Shown piece by piece: positions 17,000 through 28,548 of a stretch of DNA of 64,000 nucleotides. The notes under the pieces are model-generated. The model did no database searches. It saw nothing but the letters and a program-made list of their open reading frames with translations, and was not told where the DNA came from. The translations under genes were made by a program, and so were the position numbers. This DNA comes from an uncultured Gammaproteobacteria bacterium. Its GTDB lineage: Bacteria; Patescibacteriota; Patescibacteriia; XYB2-FULL-38-15. The stretch is taken from the NCBI GenBank assembly GCA_965231095.1, contig OZ246416.1:249228-313227 (forward strand), in the 5' to 3' direction. The stretch's first letter is position 1; each line of letters opens with the position of its first letter.

Positions 17000-18985
17000 A
17001 TGGAAAAACCAAAATCAAAATTTGATTTAGTCGGACTGAAAGACGTTTACGAGAAAACAGGATTGCATTTTCGCGATTACTGGGTTTTTTATTTAATGAG
17101 CGGCATCGGCTGGGTGCTCGCCATTTTTTATTTTATTTATCAATATACCCAGCATCAGTTTACTTTTTGGGATGATATAAAATTATTTGGCGGGGCGATT
17201 TCTCTTTTTCAACTTATTAATTATTCTTGGGTGGCGATTGTCGTTTTGGCGCTGGTCATCGGATCGTTTTTATATTCAAACGGCCGCGTCGCTTTACGTA
17301 AAAAAAATATCTTGGAAAAAGAATTGCAAAGAAGAAAAGAGGAGTATAAAAAAATAGTGGAAAATGTTCCCGTGAGCATTTTAACTTTAGATAAAAATGG
17401 GGTAGTGGTGTCGGCTAATCCGTATTTTACGGAGCTCTCGGGAAAATTAGTGGCGGAAAAGATTGGAAAAAATATTTTTGATTTTGGTTTTGTTGAAGAA
17501 TCAGAGGATTTGCAGATGAGATATAAAAGTTTGCTTGGGAAGGGCGAGCCTTTCAATTTTTTCAATTATACGCGCGACTCTTGGTCTCCTAAAAAATTTC
17601 TTAATTTTTATGCCGTGCCGTTAAAAAATAAAAGAGGTGAAATAGAGGGGGCGATATCCGTGGCGCAAGACAATACTGAAACGTTTATTGCGCTCGAAGA
17701 GGCAAGAGCCAGAGCTAAACAATTATATTTAATAAGCCAAGTTTCACGGGCGATTAATTCAGTTCTTAATTTAAGAGAGGTGCTTTGGTTGATTCTTAGA
17801 AACGCCGTTAAGCTGTCTAATGCGGTTTCAGGAGCGATTTTATTACTTGAGAATGAGGATGATTTAGTTATTAGGGAGGCTTACAACATGCCGCCAACCG
17901 CCGCCAATCTTAAAATAAAAATCGGTCAGGGACTTTGCGGCCATGCCGCGTTTATCAAGCAGTCATATTTTAGTAATGATGTTGAGAAAGACCCTTATTA
18001 TATCAGCAGGGCGGAAGTGCCAAGCGTAAAATCGGAATTAGCTGTGCCGATTCTTTTAGAAAAAAAAGTTATTGGGGTAATTAAAATTGACAGTGATGAA
18101 GCGGGGAGATTTAAAGACGAGGATGTTGAGTTAATGACAACTCTTGCCAATAATGCGGCGATTGCTATTGCCAATAGCCAGATGTATGGAGAAATAAAAG
18201 ATTTAAATAAAAATTTGGAAGAAAAGGTATTGCAGAGAACGGAAGAATTAAAAATTGCCAATCAAAAATTGGAAAAATCAATTGAATTAAAATCTCAGTT
18301 TATCGCTGACGCGTCGCATGAACTCAGGACGCCCCTTACTATAATGAAGGGAAATTTAGATATTGCTCTTTTAGATGAAAAAGCTGCCGCGAAAGATTTG
18401 CGAGAGTCTTTAAAAATAATTGACGAAGAAGTTGGGCATATGTCCGGGATCCTGGCCGACCTGATGATTTTGACGCACGCCGGAGCGGGGAAATTGAGCC
18501 TCAAGAAGAATCTGGCGAGTATTGATAATCTTTTGAAAATTACCGCGCAGTCAATGGAAATATTGGCAAAAGAAAAAAATATCAAAATTGGAATTGACTC
18601 AGATGAAAAAGTTATGGCAATGGTTGATGAAGATAAATTTTTAAAATTACTTTTGAATTTGGTTTCCAACGCGATCAAGTATGGCAAGAAAAACGGTTGG
18701 GTTAAATTATCGGTAGCTGACACGGATAAGGGGGTGAAAGTTATTGTGGCTGATAGCGGGATAGGTATTCCGGGAAACGAACTGCCTTTTATTTTTGAAA
18801 GATTTTATCGCGTCGATAAAGTCCGCACCAGGGAAAAAATCGGCGGTAGCGGCCTGGGGCTTGCGATTTGTAAATCAATTGTTGAAGCGCACGGCGGCCA
18901 GATTGATGTTTCAAGTATTCTCGGAGAGGGGAGTAAATTTATAATTCATTTGCCGAAAAAAAGTTTAGACTTTGGAGAGGGTTGA
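17000..18985 (+). CDS. Sensor histidine kinase (2 TM, PAS, GAF, HisKA, HATPase)
   Basis: ASHELRTPL, NLVSNAIKY, DSGIGI, FERFYR, GSGLGL. ATG at 17000; alternative TTG at 16988. Confidence 0.95.
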   Translation: MEKPKSKFDLVGLKDVYEKTGLHFRDYWVFYLMSGIGWVLAIFYFIYQYTQHQFTFWDDIKLFGGAISLFQLINYSWVAIVVLALVIGSFLYSNGRVALRKKNILEKELQRRKEEYKKIVENVPVSILTLDKNGVVVSANPYFTELSGKLVAEKIGKNIFDFGFVEESEDLQMRYKSLLGKGEPFNFFNYTRDSWSPKKFLNFYAVPLKNKRGEIEGAISVAQDNTETFIALEEARARAKQLYLISQVSRAINSVLNLREVLWLILRNAVKLSNAVSGAILLLENEDDLVIREAYNMPPTAANLKIKIGQGLCGHAAFIKQSYFSNDVEKDPYYISRAEVPSVKSELAVPILLEKKVIGVIKIDSDEAGRFKDEDVELMTTLANNAAIAIANSQMYGEIKDLNKNLEEKVLQRTEELKIANQKLEKSIELKSQFIADASHELRTPLTIMKGNLDIALLDEKAAAKDLRESLKIIDEEVGHMSGILADLMILTHAGAGKLSLKKNLASIDNLLKITAQSMEILAKEKNIKIGIDSDEKVMAMVDEDKFLKLLLNLVSNAIKYGKKNGWVKLSVADTDKGVKVIVADSGIGIPGNELPFIFERFYRVDKVRTREKIGGSGLGLAICKSIVEAHGGQIDVSSILGEGSKFIIHLPKKSLDFGEG

Positions 18986-19142
18986 CAGTAAATAATAATT
19001 AAGATAAAGTTGTTTTTCATAGTTCTTTTAGATAATTTGAGTGGCCTACCGAAGTTTACCCACGGGGGTGATTTTGGCGGGCCACTCAAGGTGTTAGTGG
19101 GAAATGGGGGGGCGGTGATAAACAGTGGCACCGTAAGGTGCA

Positions 19143-20129
19143 GTGATGGATAAAGAGAAAGGGAAAGAAAGGTCAAGGATTCTTCTTGAGCTCGGGGGCC
19201 AAGAGATGAGGATCACAAAAAGGCGATCCTTAATCCAGGGCGTACGTCCGAGCGCGGAGGAACTGTGGGCAAATGTCGGGAATGGCGGTGCCGTGCCGAT
19301 CATCTATCGAGATCTTCCTTACAAGCGGGTTCAAGCTAACCTTCAGGTTCCCGTGTCTTGCGGATGTGAGTTGGCGGTTTGGGGCAGAGAAAGAGGCTGG
19401 AGGGGCGGCTGTTCGTTTTGCGATATTGGAAGGTTCGCTCGCCACCGCTACTTGAATGTTTCGGAGGTACTGAGCTTGGTCGGCCTGATCCTCGGAAAAT
19501 CATCCCTGGCGGATCGTTTCTGGGGGAGACAAGAGAAGTGTCTCGTGATCTCCTTTTCAGCCGCCGGGGAACCGCTTCTGAGATGGGGGATGGTAAAGGA
19601 GGCCATAATAGCTCTCTCTCGGATTTTCGGGGAAAACGGCGTTCGAGTGTTCTTCTCGATCTGCACCGTTGGGGTTGCGGACGGGATTCGCGAGCTCCTG
19701 CACGATATCAGGTTCTGCGACGAATATCGCCTTCAACTGCGTTTCTCTCTGCACTTCACGTCCGATGAAGACCGAGGGAAGTTCATTCCTGCCAATGATC
19801 CCATTCGACGAATCGTCGAACTCGGGACGACCTACGCCGAAACCGTCGGGGTAAGGTTGGTCCTCCACTACGCACTGATCCAGGGAGTCAATGACTCGCG
19901 CGAACATGCACGAGCTCTGATCAAACTGCTCTACGACCGGAGGGAACACATCCTCGTACGCGTCTCGCGGATCAATCCTGATTGCGGCGCGGGAAAAGTC
20001 GAGCTCGCTCCTTCATCCAAAAGCCGGCGGAGGAAGTTCGTTAGACTTTTGAAAGAAGGAGGACTGGAATGTTCGCCAGTCTGGGAGGGCTACGCAAGAT
20101 GGGCGTGTAACGCCGCCCATTTCCGCTAA
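19143..20129 (+). CDS. Divergent RlmN/Cfr-like radical SAM protein
   Basis: VSCGC-x14-CSFC, GEPLL, SLHF...R...IP, YALIQGVNDS.EHA, C-terminal AC. Confidence 0.7.
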   Translation: MMDKEKGKERSRILLELGGQEMRITKRRSLIQGVRPSAEELWANVGNGGAVPIIYRDLPYKRVQANLQVPVSCGCELAVWGRERGWRGGCSFCDIGRFARHRYLNVSEVLSLVGLILGKSSLADRFWGRQEKCLVISFSAAGEPLLRWGMVKEAIIALSRIFGENGVRVFFSICTVGVADGIRELLHDIRFCDEYRLQLRFSLHFTSDEDRGKFIPANDPIRRIVELGTTYAETVGVRLVLHYALIQGVNDSREHARALIKLLYDRREHILVRVSRINPDCGAGKVELAPSSKSRRRKFVRLLKEGGLECSPVWEGYARWACNAAHFR

Positions 20130-20163
20130 CAGCTTTGGCTTGTGGGGGATAGAAAAGGAGGTA

Positions 20164-20202
20164 AGAGGCTTATCTAAGGAGGAGATAGGCCTCTCTTTTT
20201 TT
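20164..20202 (+). terminator. Intrinsic terminator of the radical SAM cassette
   Basis: AGAGGCTTATCT-loop-AGATAGGCCTCT followed by a T tract. Confidence 0.7.
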
Positions 20203-20290
20203 GCTTATTTTTAAATGGTGTTGACCTTTTTAGAAGAATATCTTATAATACCTAAATTATCTAAATTAAGATTAGGGTAAAATTAAATCT

Positions 20291-20566
20291 GTGGATAACT
20301 CTCTAAAACCGCAAGAAATAAAAGAAAAAAACCAGACTTGGTCTGCCCTTTCTTTGGCCTGGCAACTTGGCTATTCCATTGCCATCCCGATTGTTGTTTT
20401 TGCGCTGGGCGGAAGATTGCTTGATAAAAAACTTGGCACGTCGCCGTGGCTTTTATTATCAGGAGTTATTTTATCGCTCTTTCTTTCAACTTTTTTAGTT
20501 TACGTTAAAACAATTAAAATCTTGTCTGAAACGGGACGCGAAAATAAGGAAAATAAAAAAGAATAG
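20291..20566 (+). CDS. atpI: AtpZ/AtpI family protein
   Basis: LGYSIAIP...GR.LDKKLGTSPW; first gene of the atp operon. Confidence 0.85.
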   Translation: MDNSLKPQEIKEKNQTWSALSLAWQLGYSIAIPIVVFALGGRLLDKKLGTSPWLLLSGVILSLFLSTFLVYVKTIKILSETGRENKENKKE

Positions 20567-20587
20567 TTTTGATTTCCTAATCGTTTT

Positions 20588-21397
20588 ATGAATATCTCAC
20601 TGGCCGCTGAACCAATCTTTCATCTCGGGAGTTTCCCGGTTACCAATACTTTGCTCGTCGCTTGGGTAATAATTTTATTTTTAGTTGTCGTGGCGCTTGT
20701 CGTAAGAAGAAAAATAAAAGAAATACCCGCCGGTTTGCAAAATTTTGTGGAAGCAATTTTTGAGGGCGCTCTGAATTTTATGGAATCAATCACCGGCGAC
20801 CGCAAGCAAGCCAGAAAATTTTTTCCAATAGTTTTCACGATTTTTATTTTTGTGATTTTATCCAATTGGATTGAGGTTATTCCCGGGCTTGGAACAATTG
20901 GAATTTGGGAAGAGCATGGTGGAAAAACAATTTTAGTTCCGTTTATCCGTTCGGCTTCAGCCGACCTAAATGTTACTCTGGCTATTGCTATCGTCTCCGT
21001 TATTTCCACACAAATTTTTGGCATTATGGCTATTGGTTTTGGAAAATACGGAAAGAAATTTTTACCGTTTGGGGGTTTGTTTAAAATCAAATACGGTTTT
21101 TTGCCCGTTCCGTCGTTTAACGGTTTTGTTATGTTTTTTGCCGGTTTTTTGGAATTAATCGCTGAGCTCGCTAAATTTATTTCATTTTCCTTCCGGCTTT
21201 TTGGCAATATTTTTGCTGGTGAAGTTTTATTGACCGTGGTTAGTTTTTTAGTTCCATACATCGTGCCCTTGCCGTTTTTATTTTTAGAATTTTTTGTTGG
21301 ATTTATCCAGGCTTTGGTTTTTTCGATGTTGACTTTGGTATTTTTAAAAATGGCGGTGACAGAACACGAGCACGAAGAACACAAGGAAGCGCATTAG
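20588..21397 (+). CDS. atpB: ATP synthase F0 subunit a
   Basis: SFSFRLFGNIFAGE, FIQALVF. Confidence 0.97.
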   Translation: MNISLAAEPIFHLGSFPVTNTLLVAWVIILFLVVVALVVRRKIKEIPAGLQNFVEAIFEGALNFMESITGDRKQARKFFPIVFTIFIFVILSNWIEVIPGLGTIGIWEEHGGKTILVPFIRSASADLNVTLAIAIVSVISTQIFGIMAIGFGKYGKKFLPFGGLFKIKYGFLPVPSFNGFVMFFAGFLELIAELAKFISFSFRLFGNIFAGEVLLTVVSFLVPYIVPLPFLFLEFFVGFIQALVFSMLTLVFLKMAVTEHEHEEHKEAH

Positions 21398-21522
21398 ATT
21401 GGTTCACGGTTTACGGTCAGCAGTGGTCGGACTGTTAACCATGGACTGTTAACTAATAACTAAATAAGCGACAGTTTATCACGCGACGTTAAATAAAAAA
21501 AACATTTCCCGTCGAAAAGTGA

Positions 21523-21810
<288 letters not shown>

Positions 21811-21878
21811 TCCACGGTTATGAAGTCCACGGCGAGAAATTGCCGCGGACTTAAAACTTTGAATTAAACTTTATAAAT

Positions 21879-22379
21879 ATGGAATTATTGGATAAATTGG
21901 GAATTGATTGGCGGCTCTTAATTGCTCAGCTTGTTAATTTTTTGATTTTGATCTTGATTTTGTATAAATTTTTATACAAGCCGCTTTTGAAGATGCTTGA
22001 GGGCAGAAAAGAAAAAATTGAAAAAGGTTTGCGCGATGCCGAGCAGCTTGGAGTGGAATTGGAAAAAACTAAAGAGTTGCGGGCGGAAGAAATCAAGAAA
22101 GCAAAAATTGAAGCGCGAGAAATTATTGAAGAGGCGGGGAAAAGAGCTGAAGCGGCGGGGGCGGAAACGAAACAGAAAACAAAAGCGGAGGTGGAAAAAT
22201 TAATTACTGTGGCAAAAAATCAGATGATTGCAGAAAAAGAAAAAATGATGGCTGAAGTCAGAAAAGAGGCGGTGGAATTGGTTCTCGCCGTGGCGGAAAA
22301 AGTTATCGGTAAAACTATTGACGTGAAAGCGCAGAAAAATTTAATCGAAGATACGCTTAGGGAAAATGGCGGAAAATAA
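21879..22379 (+). CDS. atpF: ATP synthase F0 subunit b
   Basis: QLVNFLIL..ILYKFLYKPL..MLE.R followed by a coiled coil. Confidence 0.95.
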   Translation: MELLDKLGIDWRLLIAQLVNFLILILILYKFLYKPLLKMLEGRKEKIEKGLRDAEQLGVELEKTKELRAEEIKKAKIEAREIIEEAGKRAEAAGAETKQKTKAEVEKLITVAKNQMIAEKEKMMAEVRKEAVELVLAVAEKVIGKTIDVKAQKNLIEDTLRENGGK

Positions 22380-22393
22380 ATTTTTAAGATGTT

Positions 22394-22807
22394 ATGAAAA
22401 TAAAGCCGAAACAATTTGCTGTTGCTTTGTATGAAGCAGTGAAAGACGTCCCCAAGGAAAAAGTGCGGGGGATTTTGGATAATTTTATAAAAACGCTCGC
22501 GAAAAATAACGCGTTCCGTTTTGCGCCACAGATTATTGATTATTTTGTGAAATATGCCAACCGGGCGGAGGGGATTGCTGACTTGAAGATAAAAAGCGCT
22601 TCGTCAATTAAAGACGATTTATTAGAAAAAATAAAAAAATCCGCGCCGGAAATTTTAGGAAGAGATTTTAAAAAAATAAATATCGAGCAGGAAGTTAAGG
22701 AAGATCTGATTGGCGGTTTTATTATTGAATGTGATGATATGATTTTTGATGCAAGCATTAAAAATAAACTTCAAATATTAACTAAAAATTTAAATATAAA
22801 ATCTTAA
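22394..22807 (+). CDS. atpH: ATP synthase F1 subunit delta (short form)
   Basis: LIGGFII...IFDASIK; operon position. Confidence 0.9.
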   Translation: MKIKPKQFAVALYEAVKDVPKEKVRGILDNFIKTLAKNNAFRFAPQIIDYFVKYANRAEGIADLKIKSASSIKDDLLEKIKKSAPEILGRDFKKINIEQEVKEDLIGGFIIECDDMIFDASIKNKLQILTKNLNIKS

Positions 22808-22814
22808 ATCTAAT

Positions 22815-24335
22815 ATGTCAGACGTTAATTTCATTATTGAAAATCTTAAAAAACAAATTGCCGAAGCAAGGGTTTCGTCCGGGACGGAAAAAGTCGGCCA
22901 TGTCGCGGAAATCGGCGACGGCATCGCGAGAATTACCGGACTCTCGGATTGCATGGCCGGAGAAATGCTTGAATTTATAAGTAGCGAAAAATCCGGTGAA
23001 TCGGTTTTTGGCGTGGCCTTAAATCTTGAAGAAGATATTATCGGCGCCATGATTTTGGGCGAACATGTGCACATCAAAGAAGGGGATACGGTTAAAAGTA
23101 CCGGCAGAATTTTGTCCGTGCCGGTTGGGGAAAATCTTATTGGCCGAGTCGTAAATCCCCTGGGCCAGCCAAAGGACGGCAAGGGCGCCATCAAGGAAAA
23201 TAAATTTTATCCAATTGAAAAAATTGCCCCGGGCGTTATTACAAGACAAAGCGTGAAGACTCCGCTCCAAACCGGGATTAAAGCCATTGATTCAATGATT
23301 CCAATCGGCCGTGGACAGCGAGAATTAATTATTGGCGATCGCCAAACCGGAAAAACGGCACTCGCGATTGATACGATTATCAACCAAAAAGGAAAAAATT
23401 GCGTTTGTATTTATGTGGCAGTCGGGCAGAAAGAATCAAAGATCGCGAAAATGGTGGCACAATTGGAAGAGTTCGGAGCAATGGACCATACAATTGTCGT
23501 GGCCGCCGGCGCCTCGGATCCGGCTTCACTTTCTTTTATCGCGCCTTACGCCGGTTGCGCCATGGGTGAATTTTTTATGGATCAAGGAAAAGACGCGCTT
23601 GTAATTTATGACGATCTTTCAAAACATGCCGCCTCTTACCGCCAAATTTCTTTGCTCCTTCGCCGACCGCCGGGACGCGAAGCTTATCCGGGCGACATTT
23701 TCTATTTGCATTCTCGTTTGCTTGAACGCGCCGCAAAGATGAATCCTGATTTTGGCGGCGGATCTTTAACCGCGCTTCCGATTATTGAAACTCAAGCTGG
23801 CGATGTTTCCGCCTACATTCCGACCAATGTTATTTCCATTACCGACGGCCAGATTTATTTGGAATCAGATTTATTTTATAAAGGCGTTCGCCCGGCGTTG
23901 AACGTCGGCCTTTCTGTCTCCCGCGTCGGTTCAGCCGCGCAAACAAAAGCGATGAAAAAAGTTGCCGGCCGTCTGCGACTGGATTTGGCGCAATATCGCG
24001 AACTTGAGGCTTTCGCCCAGTTTGCTTCTGATCTTGATGAAACAACAAGAAAACAACTTGAGCGCGGAAAAAGATTAGCGGAAATTTTAAAACAAGGACA
24101 ATATGTGCCAATGACCATGGAAAATCAAGTAGCAATACTTTACGCGGGCACAAACGGTTATCTTGATGAAGTACCGGTGGAGAAATTAAAAGAGTGGGAA
24201 GATAAATTCCACGCGTATTTGAAATCAGATTCAACTGACGTTTTGGCGGATATTGCGAAGAAAAAAGAACTGACTCCGGAAATTGAGGAAAAGTTAAAAA
24301 CAGCGATTGGGGATTTTAAGTCGACGCTCGTGTAA
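22815..24335 (+). CDS. atpA: ATP synthase F1 subunit alpha
   Basis: [20 protein letters not shown]. Confidence 0.98.
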   Translation: MSDVNFIIENLKKQIAEARVSSGTEKVGHVAEIGDGIARITGLSDCMAGEMLEFISSEKSGESVFGVALNLEEDIIGAMILGEHVHIKEGDTVKSTGRILSVPVGENLIGRVVNPLGQPKDGKGAIKENKFYPIEKIAPGVITRQSVKTPLQTGIKAIDSMIPIGRGQRELIIGDRQTGKTALAIDTIINQKGKNCVCIYVAVGQKESKIAKMVAQLEEFGAMDHTIVVAAGASDPASLSFIAPYAGCAMGEFFMDQGKDALVIYDDLSKHAASYRQISLLLRRPPGREAYPGDIFYLHSRLLERAAKMNPDFGGGSLTALPIIETQAGDVSAYIPTNVISITDGQIYLESDLFYKGVRPALNVGLSVSRVGSAAQTKAMKKVAGRLRLDLAQYRELEAFAQFASDLDETTRKQLERGKRLAEILKQGQYVPMTMENQVAILYAGTNGYLDEVPVEKLKEWEDKFHAYLKSDSTDVLADIAKKKELTPEIEEKLKTAIGDFKSTLV

Positions 24336-24353
24336 TAAACATAAATAACGTTC

Positions 24354-24745
24354 TTTTAACAAATACTTTTAAGAGGTTCGTACATTTGAGATAGGGAGGA
24401 GAAGCACATGCTCGATTTCTCAAAACCGACGATTACCAGAGTTGACGAAGCGTTCGTCCATGACGGGAAAGGAGGCAGTAGATTGGTTCGTCCCGGTGAT
24501 CCGGTTGAACTCTTGGACCCCGGAAACGAGTTCATGCTGAAATGGCTCGGTCCCGGACCCTACATCATTTCGTGGATTGGCGAATGGCGGTGTGGTCGAA
24601 GATCTCTTTACTTGAAAACCGAGAAGGGCGGCGAACCGGGAGATCACGAAGGCAGATTCAAGTGTGTGTAACGAACGATGTTCTGTGCACCAGAACATGG
24701 GGAGGCGACCTACGTTTCCCCACTTCTTAAAAGTATTTGTTAAAA
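24354..24745. repeat. Perfect 21-bp inverted repeat enclosing an orphan ORF between atpA and atpG
   Basis: TTTTAACAAATACTTTTAAGA (24354-24374) and TCTTAAAAGTATTTGTTAAAA (24725-24745). Confidence 0.9.
24408..24671 (+). CDS. GC-rich orphan protein (87 aa) inserted in the atp operon
   Basis: Strong SD GGGAGGAG upstream of the ATG; no recognisable family. Confidence 0.65.
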   Translation: MLDFSKPTITRVDEAFVHDGKGGSRLVRPGDPVELLDPGNEFMLKWLGPGPYIISWIGEWRCGRRSLYLKTEKGGEPGDHEGRFKCV

Positions 24746-24774
24746 ACTAAATTCTTAATTCCTAAATTCCAGCA

Positions 24775-25680
24775 ATGGCAGTTTCTACTAAAATTTTACG
24801 CCGACGCATTAAATCCATCACTAACACCAAAAAAATTACCAAGGCGATGGAAATGGTGGCGGCTTCAAAAATGAGAAAAGCCCAACTGGCGACGCTCGCG
24901 ACTCGCGCTTACGCCAATCGGGCCTGGTCTTTGATTTCCGATTTGGCGGGAAAAACCGATTCCAAACTTCACTCATTTCTTACCAGGAAAGATAAAGTTA
25001 AAAAAGTTTGTGTGGTTTTGATTTCTTCCGACCGCGGACTTTGCGGCGGATTTAATGCGCAGATTATTAAAAAAATCGCGGAATTTTCTAAAAATTTGAT
25101 GGAGAAAAATATTGAAATGGAATTTATAACCGTGGGAAAAAAGAGCAAGGATTTTGCCGCCCGACATAAAATGAAAATAATTGCCGACTTTACGAATTTA
25201 GGCAGCGTGGTCCGGCTTGCGGAAATCAGGGCGGTCGGGAAAATAGTGATTGATGATTTTGCCGCGGGAAAATATGATGAAGTTTATCTTGCCTACACCG
25301 ATTTTATTTCCACCATATCTCAGCGCCCGAGAATTTTAAAACTTTTGCCCTTTTCTCGGGAGCGCGATTTGGATTTAGGGAAAGTTGGGAAAGAAAAAAT
25401 CGAAGAAGCGGAAGAAAAAGATCACGAATTTATTTTTGAACCGTCTCCCGATCAAGTTTTGGAATATATGCTGCCGAAAATGGCCGAGATGCAAATTTTT
25501 CAGGCAGTTTTGGAATCAAACGCTTCGGAACACTCCGCGAGAATGGTGGCGATGAAAAACGCGTCGGATTCCGCGGGGGATATGATCTTTGATTTAACTT
25601 TAATGTATAATCAAGTTCGCCAGTCGGCCATTACAAAAGAAATTATGGAAATTGTGAGCGGCAAGGCAGCGCTGGAATAA
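24775..25680 (+). CDS. atpG: ATP synthase F1 subunit gamma
   Basis: KITKAMEMVAASK, SDRGLCGGFN, SEHSARMVAM, RQSAITKEI. Confidence 0.97.
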   Translation: MAVSTKILRRRIKSITNTKKITKAMEMVAASKMRKAQLATLATRAYANRAWSLISDLAGKTDSKLHSFLTRKDKVKKVCVVLISSDRGLCGGFNAQIIKKIAEFSKNLMEKNIEMEFITVGKKSKDFAARHKMKIIADFTNLGSVVRLAEIRAVGKIVIDDFAAGKYDEVYLAYTDFISTISQRPRILKLLPFSRERDLDLGKVGKEKIEEAEEKDHEFIFEPSPDQVLEYMLPKMAEMQIFQAVLESNASEHSARMVAMKNASDSAGDMIFDLTLMYNQVRQSAITKEIMEIVSGKAALE

Positions 25681-25688
25681 ATAATTAA

Positions 25689-27071
<1,383 letters not shown>

Positions 27072-27106
27072 AGATAACAATTAACAATTGACAGTTAACA
27101 ATCAAC

Positions 27107-27553
27107 ATGGCCGCAAAATTAAAATTTGAAATCATCACTCCCGAACGAGTTGTCCTGAAAGATGAAGTTGACCAAATAACCATTCCCACCGCGGAAGGGG
27201 AGATTACGGTTTTACCAAACCACATTCCCTTAATCGCCGTGCTTCGCCCCGGAGAAATTGTCGCTAAAAAGGGCGGCGAAGAAATTGCTATGTCCTGCTC
27301 CGGCGGATTTATTGAAGTGACAGGCGATAAAGTTTTGATTTTGGCCGACACCGCGGAAAAAGCGGAAGAACTCGTGGAAGCGGAAATTGAAAAAGCCAAA
27401 GAGCGAGCGCAAAAAATTATTGAAGAAAAACAAGTTGATACGGAAAAATATGCCGATGCCGCCGCTGGTCTTGAGCGCGAATTGGCAAGATTGAAAGTCG
27501 CGCGCAAACGCGGTCGAGCTCGCAGTGCGCCGAGCATTAGAGTTGAAGAATAA
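27107..27553 (+). CDS. atpC: ATP synthase F1 subunit epsilon
   Basis: EIITPER, GEITVLPNHIPL, SGGFIEV. Confidence 0.96.
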   Translation: MAAKLKFEIITPERVVLKDEVDQITIPTAEGEITVLPNHIPLIAVLRPGEIVAKKGGEEIAMSCSGGFIEVTGDKVLILADTAEKAEELVEAEIEKAKERAQKIIEEKQVDTEKYADAAAGLERELARLKVARKRGRARSAPSIRVEE

Positions 27554-27651
27554 AATTATTTAAATATTAGAAACACCCTCTGACGCCTTCCCTGTTATTT
27601 TTTGGAAATTTCCAATAAATAATTGGGGAGGGGTTAGGAGGAGACGAAAAT

Positions 27652-28086
27652 ATGCAGCAGTACCCATTCAGAAATTTCCATCATGTTCCCGCCGTGGCCA
27701 TCTACTGTTTGGATCCGAGATTCCGAGAACAGCACGAACGGTTCATCGCTGGAGAGTTGGGCTTCGGGGAATTCGACCAGTATGTCTTTCCGGGCGGACC
27801 GAAAGTACTCGTGGACGAAGCCACACGAGCATTTTTTCTTGGCGCCATTGAGAAAGTCTCGATCGGACTTCACGGGGCCAAGGAAATAATCCTCATCGCT
27901 CATCGCGACTGCGGCGCCTATGGCGGATCCAAGAAATTCGGGAATCCGGCTGAAGAAAAAGCGACGCAGGTTGAAGACCTGAAGATCGCTCGTGGCGTTC
28001 TTGCCGAACGGTTTCCCGGGATCACCGTGACCATGTTCTACGCCGAGATCACTGGCGAATTCGTGGAGTTTTTCCCGGTAAACTAA
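27652..28086 (+). CDS. Beta-carbonic-anhydrase-like protein
   Basis: C-x-D-x-R (YCLDPRF) and H-x2-C (HRDCGAY) Zn ligands; strong SD. Confidence 0.8.
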   Translation: MQQYPFRNFHHVPAVAIYCLDPRFREQHERFIAGELGFGEFDQYVFPGGPKVLVDEATRAFFLGAIEKVSIGLHGAKEIILIAHRDCGAYGGSKKFGNPAEEKATQVEDLKIARGVLAERFPGITVTMFYAEITGEFVEFFPVN

Positions 28087-28314
28087 CCGCGAACGGTACA
28101 ACTGAATATTTTCCTACTCGATCCACTAAGGCCGTGCCTCGGTGGATTTTTTTGTAAAAAAAGACCGCACTCGTGGAGCGCAGTCAGCTAGTCCTCCTCA
28201 CCTTCGTGCATCGCGTGTTTACGCGATTGTGGCGTTCCGCCTCGTTCATCGGAGAGCGGGTCGTCTGGTTCGCCGAGATCGCCGCTGTGGCCTTCGTCCA
28301 AGACACAGGGTGGC

Positions 28315-28467
28315 TCATCCGGATTGTCGCTCGGAATTTCCTCCGGATCGGTTTTGCGGATCATGCTTTTGACTCCTCTTATCTAGAGATAGGGAAATGA
28401 GAGCCGCAACCAAAGGAAGTGCCCATGCTATTGCCAGTGCCGCAGCCCACCAGATATTTTTTGACAT
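28315..28467 (-). CDS. Small GC-rich single-TM orphan (50 aa), possibly frameshifted
   Basis: SD AAGGAG and TTGACA upstream on the minus strand; MSKNIWWAAALAIAWALPLVAALISL. Confidence 0.45.
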   Translation of the reverse strand: MSKNIWWAAALAIAWALPLVAALISLSLDKRSQKHDPQNRSGGNSERQSG

Positions 28468-28548
28468 CTTGTTCTCCTTGTGTTTAAAGTTAATCATTTT
28501 GCGATTTTCTTGTCAACTTGTTTTTTGGGAAGAAAATCGCTATAATAA

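Noticed and set aside
19022-20183. Long-range pairing TTAGATAA/TTATCTAA around the radical SAM cassette, resembling the atp-operon stem
   Set aside because: Only 8 perfect AT-rich base pairs, and the 3' partner is better explained as part of the local terminator.
20620-21384. Long antisense ORFs (254 aa opposite atpB; also 47469-48110, 60973-61629, 26986-27537 and others)
   Set aside because: Shadow frames of better-supported genes, with no SD or motifs of their own.
28173-28400. 75-aa and 76-aa + strand ORFs
   Set aside because: Promoter and SD signals point to the minus strand (ATG at 28467); the + frames lack an SD.
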